From a bacterium (GTDB lineage Bacteria > UBA8248), in NCBI GenBank assembly GCA_965203325.1, contig OZ241875.1, positions 3,648,001 to 3,712,000 of the forward strand: 64,000 bases of DNA, in the 5' to 3' direction. Shown piece by piece: positions 51,438-61,020 of the stretch. Below the pieces are notes generated by a model. It searched no databases. It was given only the letters and a program-made list of their open reading frames with translations, and was not told where the DNA came from. The position numbers were made by a program, and so were the translations under genes. Numbering within the stretch: position 1 is the stretch's first letter; each line of letters starts with the position of its first letter.

Positions 51438-51713
51438 ATGACCCTTTCGAACCGGATAAAACCCATCAGTTACTTAAAGGCGCATGCCGCGGAGATCGTC
51501 CGTACGCTCGGGGAGCGGGGGGAGCCCCTGGTGATCACCCAGAACGGAGAAGCCAAGGTGGTCATGCAGGACATCGACAGTTACGAGCGGATGCAGGAGA
51601 CGCTCGCCCTGCTCAAGATTCTCGCCCTGGGCGACCGCCAGGTTGAAGCCGGGCGGACGCAACCCGCCGCCGATGTGACGGCGCGGCTCCGGGAGCGGCT
51701 ATCGGCCCGCTGA
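51438..51713 (+). CDS. Phd/YefM family antitoxin
   Basis: IKPISYLKAHAAEI...PLVITQNGEAK.V; RBS AGGAGG. Confidence 0.92.
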   Translation: MTLSNRIKPISYLKAHAAEIVRTLGERGEPLVITQNGEAKVVMQDIDSYERMQETLALLKILALGDRQVEAGRTQPAADVTARLRERLSAR

Positions 51714-52039
51714 TGCCTTTTGCGGTCCATATGAGCGAGGACGCGGCGCGCGACCTGGAAGATATCTGCGATTACATCGAGCGGCGCGATTCGCCGGCCG
51801 CTGCCGGCCATGTGCTCGATCGGATCGAAGAGGCGTTCGCAGGGCTGACCGAGCATCCCCTGCGCGGCGCTTTCCCGAAGGAATTGCTGGATATCGGAAT
51901 CCGCGAATACCGCGAAGTTTTCTTCAAGCCCTACCGGATTATCTACCGGGTTATGGACGAGAACGTCTACGTGCTGCTGATCGCAGACGGCAGGCGCGAT
52001 ATGCGGACGTTGCTGGAGCGCCGCCTGCTTCTGGCGTGA
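51713..52039 (+). CDS. RelE/ParE family toxin
   Basis: A.RDL..I.DYI, P.RG..P.EL, YRE.FFKPYRIIYR, IADGRRD; TGATG coupling to the antitoxin. Confidence 0.92.
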   Translation: MPFAVHMSEDAARDLEDICDYIERRDSPAAAGHVLDRIEEAFAGLTEHPLRGAFPKELLDIGIREYREVFFKPYRIIYRVMDENVYVLLIADGRRDMRTLLERRLLLA

Positions 52040-52205
52040 ACAGCGAACCGGGCGTTTTTGAAAATGTGCGTGTTGCCGGGCGGTTGAAGGGTAGGGCGCG
52101 CCCGGCGAACTCTCCCTCATCGGTCGAGTTCGACTCTTTGACTAATCCTCCGCCCTAGGCGAAACTGCCAGAAGCTGCTCCACGAGGCAGGCCGGAGAAA
52201 AGCGA

Positions 52206-52562
52206 ATGACGGAATACGAAGCCGCAAGTCTCGTCTTGCAACAAGCCGCCGTATGGGTCGCGGCCGTCGTCGGGGCCGCGCAATGCAGCCTGATCGGGGT
52301 TGGCCTCTACATCATGCGCCGGGCCGCGATTCAACGCGACGCCCAGCACCAAGAGAACATGGCGCAACATCGACAGACCATGGAGGAACTGAAGGCTCAG
52401 CGAGAAGCGCAAAAAGAGCAGCACAGGGAAACCATAGTCGTCCTACAGGCTCAGCGCGAGGCGCACAGCGAACAGCATCGGGAAACCATGAAGGCGCTGG
52501 AAGGGCAAAACAACGCGCTCATGGAACTCATCCGCCGCACGTCCGCGCAACGGGATGGTTGA
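52206..52562 (+). CDS. Small single-TM/coiled-coil protein, diverged homolog of copies A/B with expanded repeats
   Basis: MTEYE, VG.AQC.LI..GL.IM.R, repeated QH.ETM..L, C-terminal LI.RTS shared with 41253-41534. Confidence 0.7.
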   Translation: MTEYEAASLVLQQAAVWVAAVVGAAQCSLIGVGLYIMRRAAIQRDAQHQENMAQHRQTMEELKAQREAQKEQHRETIVVLQAQREAHSEQHRETMKALEGQNNALMELIRRTSAQRDG

Positions 52563-52798
52563 AGGGGGACGTTACCGTCTCGGCCGTCTCGGTTTTTTAC
52601 CCACGCTTCCAGCGGCGCGCGCATTTTTTCGTATTGCAAAGAGAAGAGGCGCTCCACGCGCTCGCGATTTTCCTTTGAAGCAGGCTTTTCGGCTGATACA
52701 ATCCGCTGGATGGTCCCGTTCATCCTGGCATATTATCGAAGCAACCTGCGCCCATGTTTGTTGGCTTCGAATACGAGGAATCAATCAGGAGTCGAAAC

Positions 52799-53620
52799 TT
52801 GAAAAATCGTCCGGCGCGGAAATTTACGCCAATCCTTTGCCTGATCTTCTTGTTCGCCTGGCTTCCGTTCGCCGAAGCCGGAGAAGGAAGCGATTGGGAT
52901 ATTCGCATCGGCCTGGGCGCAAGATACGATGCGAAGTATGAAGGTTCCGAGGAGATGAAAGCGCGGGTTCTTCCCCTGATAGACGTTACCTGGAAAGACC
53001 TGGTTTTTCTCAACCCGCGCGAGGGTTTGGGCGTGCACGTTTACGACGGCCACAACCTCACGGTCAGCGTCGGGGTGGGGTATGTGTTCGGCAGAGATGA
53101 ATCGGACAGCGACGACCTCAGAGGCATGGGCGATATCGATGACGCCGCTGCCGCCAACCTCAAAATAAAATATGCCATCGGACCGGTTGCGCCCTACATC
53201 GGCGCTTCCAGACATTTAGGAGATGTCGACGGGACTTTGGTGGAGGCGGGAGTCGGGGGCATCGTGCCGCTGGCTTTGATAACCGGAGGTATGGATTCGC
53301 CGGGCATGGGTGCCGGCGGGCTGAAAGGACCGGCGCTGCAACTCGGCGTATCCGCAACCTGGGCGGACGGCGACTATATGGAAGGCTACTTCGGCGTGAA
53401 TTCGCTCCAGTCTTCGCGTTCGGGTTATGCCCGATACGATGCGGAATCCGGATTCAAATCGGTGGACTTCAGGTTTGGCGTCATCTATCTGTTTGCGGAA
53501 AACTGGGCGGTGAATGCCCGGGGCGGGTACTCACGATTGCTGGGCGATGCCGCCGACAGTCCAATCGTCAAAGACGACGGACGGTTTTCCGGCGGTTTGT
53601 TTCTCTCTTACCGTTTCTGA
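52799..53620 (+). CDS. MipA/OmpV family outer-membrane protein
   Basis: Signal peptide, YEGS...LP, L.GMGDI, YM..YFGV, L.GDAADSPIV, terminal YRF; TTG start after AGGAG. Confidence 0.88.
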   Translation: MKNRPARKFTPILCLIFLFAWLPFAEAGEGSDWDIRIGLGARYDAKYEGSEEMKARVLPLIDVTWKDLVFLNPREGLGVHVYDGHNLTVSVGVGYVFGRDESDSDDLRGMGDIDDAAAANLKIKYAIGPVAPYIGASRHLGDVDGTLVEAGVGGIVPLALITGGMDSPGMGAGGLKGPALQLGVSATWADGDYMEGYFGVNSLQSSRSGYARYDAESGFKSVDFRFGVIYLFAENWAVNARGGYSRLLGDAADSPIVKDDGRFSGGLFLSYRF

Positions 53621-54796
53621 CGCTTCGGGAATTCCTGCAGAACCTTCATTTCATCGCACCGGGCTGGGAGCGTATGTGTATCTACCTCGGCGCGCGTGGA
53701 AACCGAGGGGCCGGCATCCAGAGGCGGCGAAGATTACGGGTATCTGTATCTGAAGGATAATGAAAAAAGACCCGGCTCGACGCATCGAGATGTTCAGCAA
53801 AGGACCCGAAAAGATAAGTCCGCATTTCCCCGCAGTTGGGGTTGTCGGGTTTTCGCGCGCGTGAGGGAAAATCCCGCGCGGGAAAGAAATCGTTCCCGGC
53901 GATGGGAGGAGGGGGAAAATGGAGAGGGCGATTCGGGTCGAGCAGAGACGAACTTCCTCTCCTCGGGGAAGCGCAATCGCTCCCTCATCGGTCGCATCAA
54001 TCCCTCCTTCCTCAGTCGGAATTGAGGAGAAAAAATCGATAAAAAGGCCCGAACAATTCGATAAATTAGATTTTCAAGACATTTCCGACAACTGCAAAAT
54101 CCATTTATCTCATTGATATTAAATGAGACACCTGTTTCTGATGGAATTTGCCTTCCCCGCTCCGTAATCAAGCCGAAAGCGGACTCGTTACAACTCCAGC
54201 GCATCCCGGCGGGCGCGTGTCCTACGTCGGACCATCCCCGGGCTGGGTAGGAGGGGTCTTTACCGAGCCCCTCCTGCCTAGCCGCTTTCCGCAAGAAGCC
54301 GTCGACGGGGTTGTTGAAAACCGCCGCGAAGGGGAGCGGTTCCCCCCTTCCCGGGGGTGAAAACACCCACACGCCGAATCATGCAGCCGGGGATTTTTTG
54401 TCGACCCTCCCAGCGTCGTTCACCTGCTGGCGGGACGGACGCCGTTTTCGCCTATCAGTGCGCCGCAGAGCAGGACGCCGCTCTCGGTCAACTACTCGCC
54501 GGCGGGTTCGGTGAGCGAGGTCTCGAAGCCCCCGCCCGTCTCCGGGGCGACTCGCGATCGGGATGCGCCGCTACGCAGCGGACCTGGCGGAGGACAGGCG
54601 CGTCAATTCATAAGGCGCGGAAGCGGAGAGCGACGGCCGGGCGGCAGCGTCGCGATGGCGTTTCGCGATGCGGTTTCAGGCACGAACCCGATGACGGCCA
54701 CCCGGAGGCTGATCTTTCGTGTGCGCAGGGTATCCCTGCGATTTTCCGGAATTCCTTCGCTTGACACCCCATGCCGCGGATGGAACGCTACAAATC

Positions 54797-55903
54797 ATGG
54801 ATGCCGGTGGATCGGAAACACAGGCGGTTGTGTCGACGGAAGACGCGGCTTCGGCGTTCGGCACCATCCTCGACGCTCTGTCTCGCGTCGTTTCCCCGGC
54901 GCTGATCGACGGCGCCGGCTGGGAACGCCTGCGCGCCGCGGTCGGAGGCTTGCCGGTCGACCCCGGCAGCGGTTTCGGTTTCGAGCTTCGGCTCGGCGAG
55001 CCAGCGGCCGGAACGGATTTCTATATCGCGCTGCCGCGCGGAAGCGCGCTCGCCGATCACTATATCCGGCACGGCGGACGCGCGGCGCCCGGTTCGGCGG
55101 CGGCGGCGCTGCGCGATCATCTCGCCGCGATAGATGCGGGCGCTCCGTGGGCGGAGGTTCTGGGCGTGGAGTTTGACGTCTCGTCCGGATCGCCCGGCGC
55201 CCCTCCCGGGCTGTTCGCGCGGCTCCGTTCCGACTCGGCGGAGACCGGCGCCGCCGGATTTCCGAGCGCGGAAACGGTGGCCGAATGGATCGCGGGCGCG
55301 GTCGGCCTGCGCCTGGCCGCGGGAGAGCGCGAGGCGCTCGAGCGGGCGTTCGACGAACTGGCGGCCGGCGGCGGCGCGGTCGATTGCGTCGGGATAATGC
55401 CGGGCCGCCCGGAGCGGGCGTTCAAGGTCAACAGCCGGTCCATGGAACCCGCGCAGGTGGCGCCCGCCCTGGAAAAGCTGCGATGGAGGGGGCCGATCGG
55501 CGAGGTCGAGGCCTTCTTGTCCTCGTTCGGGAGGCTGTTCCGCTCGCTCCGGCTCGCGGTCGGCGTCGCCGCCGGGGGTCTTTCGCCGCGCGTCGGCCTC
55601 GAACTGTTCCAGGGGACGCCGGGGTCGTTGAGCCACCCGGGAGTCGGCGACTGGGAGCCTTTCCTCGCCCGGCTGTGTGAGGACGGCCTGTGCCTGCCGG
55701 AGAAGATGGCCGGGCTGTTGGCCTGGCCCGGACGGGAAATCGTGTTCGGCGGGCGGCAGACCTTCGGCATATTGACGGGCCTCGCCCATTTCAAGGTTTC
55801 CTTCGAGAAACGCGGCGGCGGAGCCACGATCGAGGCGAAAACCTACCCGACCGTCGGCTATCTCCCCTTCGATGCGGTCGCGGCGCGATTCGGGTCGCGG
55901 TGA
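54797..55903 (+). CDS. Hypothetical protein, putative RiPP maturase 2 (paralog of 61985-63013)
   Basis: High-GC coding pattern; collinear motif matches to 61985-63013; convergent with the ABC gene (16-bp gap); start uncertain. Confidence 0.75.
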   Translation: MDAGGSETQAVVSTEDAASAFGTILDALSRVVSPALIDGAGWERLRAAVGGLPVDPGSGFGFELRLGEPAAGTDFYIALPRGSALADHYIRHGGRAAPGSAAAALRDHLAAIDAGAPWAEVLGVEFDVSSGSPGAPPGLFARLRSDSAETGAAGFPSAETVAEWIAGAVGLRLAAGEREALERAFDELAAGGGAVDCVGIMPGRPERAFKVNSRSMEPAQVAPALEKLRWRGPIGEVEAFLSSFGRLFRSLRLAVGVAAGGLSPRVGLELFQGTPGSLSHPGVGDWEPFLARLCEDGLCLPEKMAGLLAWPGREIVFGGRQTFGILTGLAHFKVSFEKRGGGATIEAKTYPTVGYLPFDAVAARFGSR

Positions 55904-55919
55904 AGCCCCGCCGGCGGAG

Positions 55920-58823
55920 TCAGTACATCTGCCGGCGAACCAGGTTGCGGAACGGGCCGTCCTGCCCGGCGAGCTCCTCGAAACGCCCCACCTGGACGAC
56001 GCGCCCGGCCTCGAGAACGTAGATGCGGTGCGCCTCGCGGATCGTCGATATCCTGTGGGCGATGACGATCCGTGTGGCGGCGGAGTTGCGGATGCCCTCC
56101 ATCAGGGCCGCCTGACTCTTGCGGTCCAGCCAGTTCGTGGCCTCGTCGAGGAAGACGATGCGCGGGTTTCGCGCCAGCGCGGCGGCGACGCGGATGCGCT
56201 GGCTCTGGCCGCCGGACACGACGGCCGCCCGTTCTCCCATGCTGGTGTGCATCTGTATGGGCATCAAGGCGATGTCGTCGTCCACGGCCGCCTGTTTCGC
56301 GGCGCGCCAAGCGTCGTCCATCGTCAAGGTTCGGCTGAGGCCGATGATGTTGTCGAGAACGGTGCCCAGCTGGACGCCTCCGTCCTGGAGCACCACGCCG
56401 ACCTGCCGGCGCACGGAGACCGGGTCGAGATGGGCGAGGTCGCGGTCGTCGTAATAGACGGCGCCCCCCGCCGGCGTCTCGAGGCCGAGCGCGAGGCGAA
56501 CCAGCGTGCTCTTGCCGGAGCCGGACTCGCCGACAATGGCGATGAATTCACTCGGCCCGGCGTGGATCGTCACGCGGTCCAGAACCAGTGGCCCGTCTTC
56601 GGTGTAGCGGAAACTCACGGTCTCGAAGCGTAGCCCGCCGTCGAGCGCGACCGGAGGAGCGGAACCGCGCCCGGCCTCGGGCGTGGCGGCGAGGATGGGC
56701 AGAACCTGTTCGCAGGCCGGCGCGACCGAGGCGATGGTCTCCAGCGCGCCGCAGAGTGAGACGATGGCCGCGTAGAAGACCATCGAGGCGATATAGACGA
56801 CGAGGAACCCGCCGACCCCCGGGCCGCCTTCCTCGGGCGAATGGACGGCGGCGGCGAACAGGGCCGCAGCCGCCAGCAGGGGCACGGCCGCGCTGAAGGC
56901 ATGGAGATGTTCGTTCAGGACGCCGATGCGGATGTCTGCCAGCTTCTGCTCGCGGTAGCGCCGCGCCCAGGACGCCCGCGCCGACCCTTCCGCCCCGGCG
57001 GCTTGCAGTTTGTCGACGCAGCCGATGAGCTGGGAGAGGTGCCCGGCGAGAAGGCGCTCCTCCCGGAACCGTCGTCGCTGGGGGGCCGTCTGCGCCGCTC
57101 CGAACGCGGCCGCCACGACCAGCGCGGCGACGCCGATGCCCAGCACCAGCTGGCCGAGCGCGGCGTCGTAAAGGAACACGAAGGAGATCGAGGGGATGAG
57201 AAACGCGGCGGACAGCAGCGCCGTCGCCGTCGCCCCGGAGATGCGGTCCCGCAGCGCCTGGAACACCGACGCCCTCATGGATATCTCGCCCGAACTGTAT
57301 TCGCCGTAGAACCGGGTCTGCAACCGCAGCAAGCGGTCCCAGAGCGCGGCGGTCACGCGCGCGGCGAGCCGGCCCTCGATCCGCATGACGGCGGCGCCGC
57401 GCAGCACGTGGGCGAGCGCCGCCGTGAGCGCGACCAGCGCCAGCAGCAGCGCAAACTGCACGAGCCGCCCGCCCTCGCCCGAGGGGATCACGTGCCGGAC
57501 CAGCACGCCGATGCCCACCGCCGGCGCCAGGGCCAGGATACTCGCCGCAAACCCGGTGACGAACACCCGGGCGATATCGGGGGCGAACCTGCCGGAGGCG
57601 TTCGACAGCAGCGAACGCACGCCGCCGGGCGCATCGTCGGGCAGCGGCCGGTAAAGGATGTAGGCGTCGGCCGTCAGCGTATCGGCGTCCGCCCGCCGGA
57701 CCTGCCTGGTCCGGCCCGTTTTCGGGTCGTAGAGTCGATACCGCCCCATCGCCCCGGGCAGGAGGGCGACGGGCCAGCCGCCCTCGCGCCGGAAGGCCAG
57801 CATCGCGCCGCTGTCGCCGCGCCACCAGCGCTCCTCCGGCGAGAGCCGCACCAGCCGCGTCCGCACGCCCGATGCCTGCGCGAGATCGTTCAGGGTCGGC
57901 GGCTCGCGCGAGGGGCCGGACGGCGCTCGGATGTCGATGCGCCCGTGGCGCCCTACCGCGCGAAGCGCGTCGAGCAGCGCCTCGCCGCCGGAGACAGCCT
58001 GCGGAGGCGGTTCGAGGAGACCGAACAACCGCCCCCGAGCCTCGTCCTCGTCGCGGCGGCGCCACTCCGCCCGGTTGACCTGGAGGTTGGCCTGATCGAC
58101 CAGCGCCAGCCGCCGGTTGAATATCTCCGCCCCGAAGACCAGGCGGTGAAACCCCGGCAGCGCGCGGAAGAGCAGCGCCTCGACCTCGAGGGTGCGCGAA
58201 GTCAGAACCCCGATCTCGGCGGGTTCGCGGAGCACGGCCCAACTGTCCGGGGTGAGCGGCACCGCCTCCCCCTCCTCGGGGTCCTCGGTGCCGAAGAGTT
58301 GCGCCTCGGCCCCCTGCACCCAGACGACGCCCCCGCCGCTCGTCAGGACGCCGCTCGCCTCGATCCCTGCGCTTTCGGCCAGCAGTGCGTCGGGGCGCGG
58401 ACGGGGAACGATCTCGGCGGCGACCGTTGCGCTGAAGCCGATAATCCAGTTGTCGGCGTCTTCGGCGACGACGTCGGAGAGCGGGGCGGCGGCGAGTTCG
58501 GCGGCCGGAATCCGGCGCAAGACGGTGTCCGGCAGCCCCTTGGCCATCAAGTACATCTGGTCGGCGCCAGCGGCGCCGAAGGCCAGCCGGCCGGCTTCCA
58601 GGCGCAGCGCGTGGTGAAACGGCGCCTCCGCCACGCCGTCGTCGTTGTAGACGAAAAAGACGTCGAGGACGCCGCGCTCGACGAACCAGACGCTCCCGGG
58701 GTCGTCGAGCCGCACGGGCCGGTTGCCCGCCGTGGCGACGGTCTCGCCCGCGGACGCGGCCATTTGGGCGAGACGGCGGCGGCGCGGATCGGATGTCCAC
58801 GGACCGCGCGGTTCAGGAGGCAT
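55920..58823 (-). CDS. NHLM/NHLP bacteriocin-system ABC transporter ATP-binding/permease (non-peptidase partner)
   Basis: N-terminal VWFVE.G.LDVF domain, R.V.L...WW..D.G.MLAF degenerate peptidase-like region, TM domain, GESGSGKST, SGGQ.QR, DEAT, IAHR. Confidence 0.88.
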   Translation of the reverse strand: MPPEPRGPWTSDPRRRRLAQMAASAGETVATAGNRPVRLDDPGSVWFVERGVLDVFFVYNDDGVAEAPFHHALRLEAGRLAFGAAGADQMYLMAKGLPDTVLRRIPAAELAAAPLSDVVAEDADNWIIGFSATVAAEIVPRPRPDALLAESAGIEASGVLTSGGGVVWVQGAEAQLFGTEDPEEGEAVPLTPDSWAVLREPAEIGVLTSRTLEVEALLFRALPGFHRLVFGAEIFNRRLALVDQANLQVNRAEWRRRDEDEARGRLFGLLEPPPQAVSGGEALLDALRAVGRHGRIDIRAPSGPSREPPTLNDLAQASGVRTRLVRLSPEERWWRGDSGAMLAFRREGGWPVALLPGAMGRYRLYDPKTGRTRQVRRADADTLTADAYILYRPLPDDAPGGVRSLLSNASGRFAPDIARVFVTGFAASILALAPAVGIGVLVRHVIPSGEGGRLVQFALLLALVALTAALAHVLRGAAVMRIEGRLAARVTAALWDRLLRLQTRFYGEYSSGEISMRASVFQALRDRISGATATALLSAAFLIPSISFVFLYDAALGQLVLGIGVAALVVAAAFGAAQTAPQRRRFREERLLAGHLSQLIGCVDKLQAAGAEGSARASWARRYREQKLADIRIGVLNEHLHAFSAAVPLLAAAALFAAAVHSPEEGGPGVGGFLVVYIASMVFYAAIVSLCGALETIASVAPACEQVLPILAATPEAGRGSAPPVALDGGLRFETVSFRYTEDGPLVLDRVTIHAGPSEFIAIVGESGSGKSTLVRLALGLETPAGGAVYYDDRDLAHLDPVSVRRQVGVVLQDGGVQLGTVLDNIIGLSRTLTMDDAWRAAKQAAVDDDIALMPIQMHTSMGERAAVVSGGQSQRIRVAAALARNPRIVFLDEATNWLDRKSQAALMEGIRNSAATRIVIAHRISTIREAHRIYVLEAGRVVQVGRFEELAGQDGPFRNLVRRQMY

Positions 58824-61020
58824 GGAAGAGCTCCCTGTAGGGACTGCCTTCGACGGCGATGAGGTCGTCATGGATGCCGTCCTGTACCGCGCGTCCGCCG
58901 TCGAGCACGATAATCCGGTCGCTGTCGCGGATCGTGCTCAGGCGGTGGGCGACGATCAGGCAGGAGCAGCCCCGGCGGCGCAATGCGTCGTCGATATAGA
59001 CTTCGGTGGTGGCGTCGAGCGCAGCCGTGGCCTCGTCGAGAATCAGCACCGCCGGGGAGGAAACCAGCGCGCGGGCGATCTCCAGCCGCTGGCGCTGACC
59101 GCCGCTGAAATTGCGTCCATCCTCCTCGATCGCGTCGTCGTAGCCGCGCGGGCGCACCATAATCTCGTCATGGATCGCCGCGTCCCGCGCCGCGGCGATC
59201 AGGAGCGGGTCGGGGACGTTCGGGTCCCAAAGGGTCAGGTTCTCGCGAATCGATCCCTCAATGAGCGCCGTCTTCTGGGTCACGACCGAGAGCGAATCGT
59301 TGAGCACGTCGCGCGGGATGTCCTCGGGCTTCATCCCGTCGAAGAGAATCTCGCCCGACCAGGGCTGGTATATTCCCGCAGCCAGCAGCGACAGCGTGGA
59401 CTTGCCCGATCCGCTGGGGCCGACGACGGCGACGCGCTGGCCGGGATCGATGGTGAGGTTGAACCCGTCGATCAGCGGCGCCCGATGCCGCTGAAACCCG
59501 AATGTGACGTTGCGCATCTCGACCCGGCCGCGCAAGCGGAGCCGTCCGCGCACGGTCGCGACGCCCTGCGCGGTGGGCCGCTTCGCCTCGCTCGGGGCGT
59601 CCTGCTCCTGGGCGTCGAGCATGTCGTCGAGCCGCTCGAGTTCCGCTTCGAGCGTGCGCAGCAGTTCTGCGAACTGCACGAACCGGCCGATCGGCTGGAA
59701 GAAATGCCAAGCCAGCATGTAGAACGCGAGCAGGCCCCCGAGGCCCATCTCTCCGGACATTACCCGCCATCCGCCGAGCCCGAGCACCGTCGCTCCGCCG
59801 AGCGCGATGAACAGAACCGGGATGGCCTCGGTGACGTGCCCGAGCTCCTGGAACCCCTGCCGGGCGTTGAGTTCGCGCGCCTGGTGTCCGCTCCAGCGAG
59901 CGAAGAAATCATCTTCCGAAGCGGTCGCCCTGATGGTCTCCATGATGCGCAATCCGGCGAGACCGACGCCCGTCAACAGACCCTGCTCACGGCGCAGGCT
60001 GTGGCTTGCATCGGTCCGGTAGCGGCAGACAGCCCGGGCCGCGGCCGCGCACGACGCCGCGAGGAGCGCGACCCAGAACGCGAGGGCCGCATCGTAGACT
60101 ACCATCAGCAAGAAGAACGCGAGACTCATCGTCAACTCGACCGTCACGCCCACCATCTGGTTCACCCCGAAGGCGGCGACCTGCTCGATCGATTGTATAC
60201 GCGACAGCAGATCCCCCGTCATGCGCCGGGCGAAGAACTGGGCCGGCCGGCGTAGCAGGCCGCCCAGGAAGCGGTCCGTCTGGTGGATGGCGACGGCGAT
60301 CGACAATCGGCGCAGCGCGCGCTGGCGGAGCCAGGTGAAGACATAGACGACGATGGCGGCGGTCGTCATCCCGCCGATCAGCGCGCCACTCCAGTCGTCC
60401 TGGCTGCCCGCGAGAACGTGATCGACGAACAGCGCCAACAGCACCGGAGCGGCGACGCCCGGAGCGGCGAGCAACAGCCCGGCGAGGACGGCGAACAGGA
60501 GTTCCGACCGGAAGCCGCTCACCCAGGGCCACAGCCGGCGCAGCACCCCCGGAGGCGGTTCGTTGCGGCGAAACGATTCGGCCGGCTTGAGTTCCAGGGC
60601 CACGCCTGTGAAGGCGCGGTCGAAGCCGTCTTCGTCGACCACGCGCCGGCCACGGCTCGGGTCGTTGAGGAAATACTTTCCCTTCCCGACCCCCTCCAGC
60701 ACGACGAAATGCCGGAACTCCCAGAACAATATGGCCGGCAAGGGCAGTTTGGGGATGTCTTCGAGTTCTTGCTTCCAGCCCGTGACTTCCAGGCCGTATT
60801 CCCGCGCCGCGCGTACGATATCGGCGGCGGAGCAGCCGTCGCGGCCGACGCCGCAGGCTTCTCGCATCTCCTCGAGCGGCACCCAGCGCCCGAAATAAGC
60901 GAGCACCGAGGCGAGGCACGCGGCACCGCATTCGGTCGCCTCCAGCTGAAGCACCAAGGGCGTGCGGACGCGGCGCCCGAACGGGCGCCGCAGCCACTTT
61001 CTCAAACGATCAGCCGACAC
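58813..61020 (-). CDS. NHLP bacteriocin export ABC transporter with C39 peptidase
   Basis: RVRTP.VLQLEATECGAACL (Cys), HFVV (His), NDP (Asp); GPSGSGKST, FSGGQRQRLEIARAL, DEAT; GTG start overlaps the HlyD end. Confidence 0.93.
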   Translation of the reverse strand: MSADRLRKWLRRPFGRRVRTPLVLQLEATECGAACLASVLAYFGRWVPLEEMREACGVGRDGCSAADIVRAAREYGLEVTGWKQELEDIPKLPLPAILFWEFRHFVVLEGVGKGKYFLNDPSRGRRVVDEDGFDRAFTGVALELKPAESFRRNEPPPGVLRRLWPWVSGFRSELLFAVLAGLLLAAPGVAAPVLLALFVDHVLAGSQDDWSGALIGGMTTAAIVVYVFTWLRQRALRRLSIAVAIHQTDRFLGGLLRRPAQFFARRMTGDLLSRIQSIEQVAAFGVNQMVGVTVELTMSLAFFLLMVVYDAALAFWVALLAASCAAAARAVCRYRTDASHSLRREQGLLTGVGLAGLRIMETIRATASEDDFFARWSGHQARELNARQGFQELGHVTEAIPVLFIALGGATVLGLGGWRVMSGEMGLGGLLAFYMLAWHFFQPIGRFVQFAELLRTLEAELERLDDMLDAQEQDAPSEAKRPTAQGVATVRGRLRLRGRVEMRNVTFGFQRHRAPLIDGFNLTIDPGQRVAVVGPSGSGKSTLSLLAAGIYQPWSGEILFDGMKPEDIPRDVLNDSLSVVTQKTALIEGSIRENLTLWDPNVPDPLLIAAARDAAIHDEIMVRPRGYDDAIEEDGRNFSGGQRQRLEIARALVSSPAVLILDEATAALDATTEVYIDDALRRRGCSCLIVAHRLSTIRDSDRIIVLDGGRAVQDGIHDDLIAVEGSPYRELFHAS

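Noticed and set aside
52799..53620. MipA/OmpV as the outer-membrane channel of the RiPP exporter
   Set aside because: HlyD systems use TolC-family channels; this gene is over 1 kb away with no evidence of linkage.
53696..54764. Short ORFs between mipA and maturase 2
   Set aside because: No recognisable motifs, weak starts and mutual overlaps; left as non-coding or degraded sequence.
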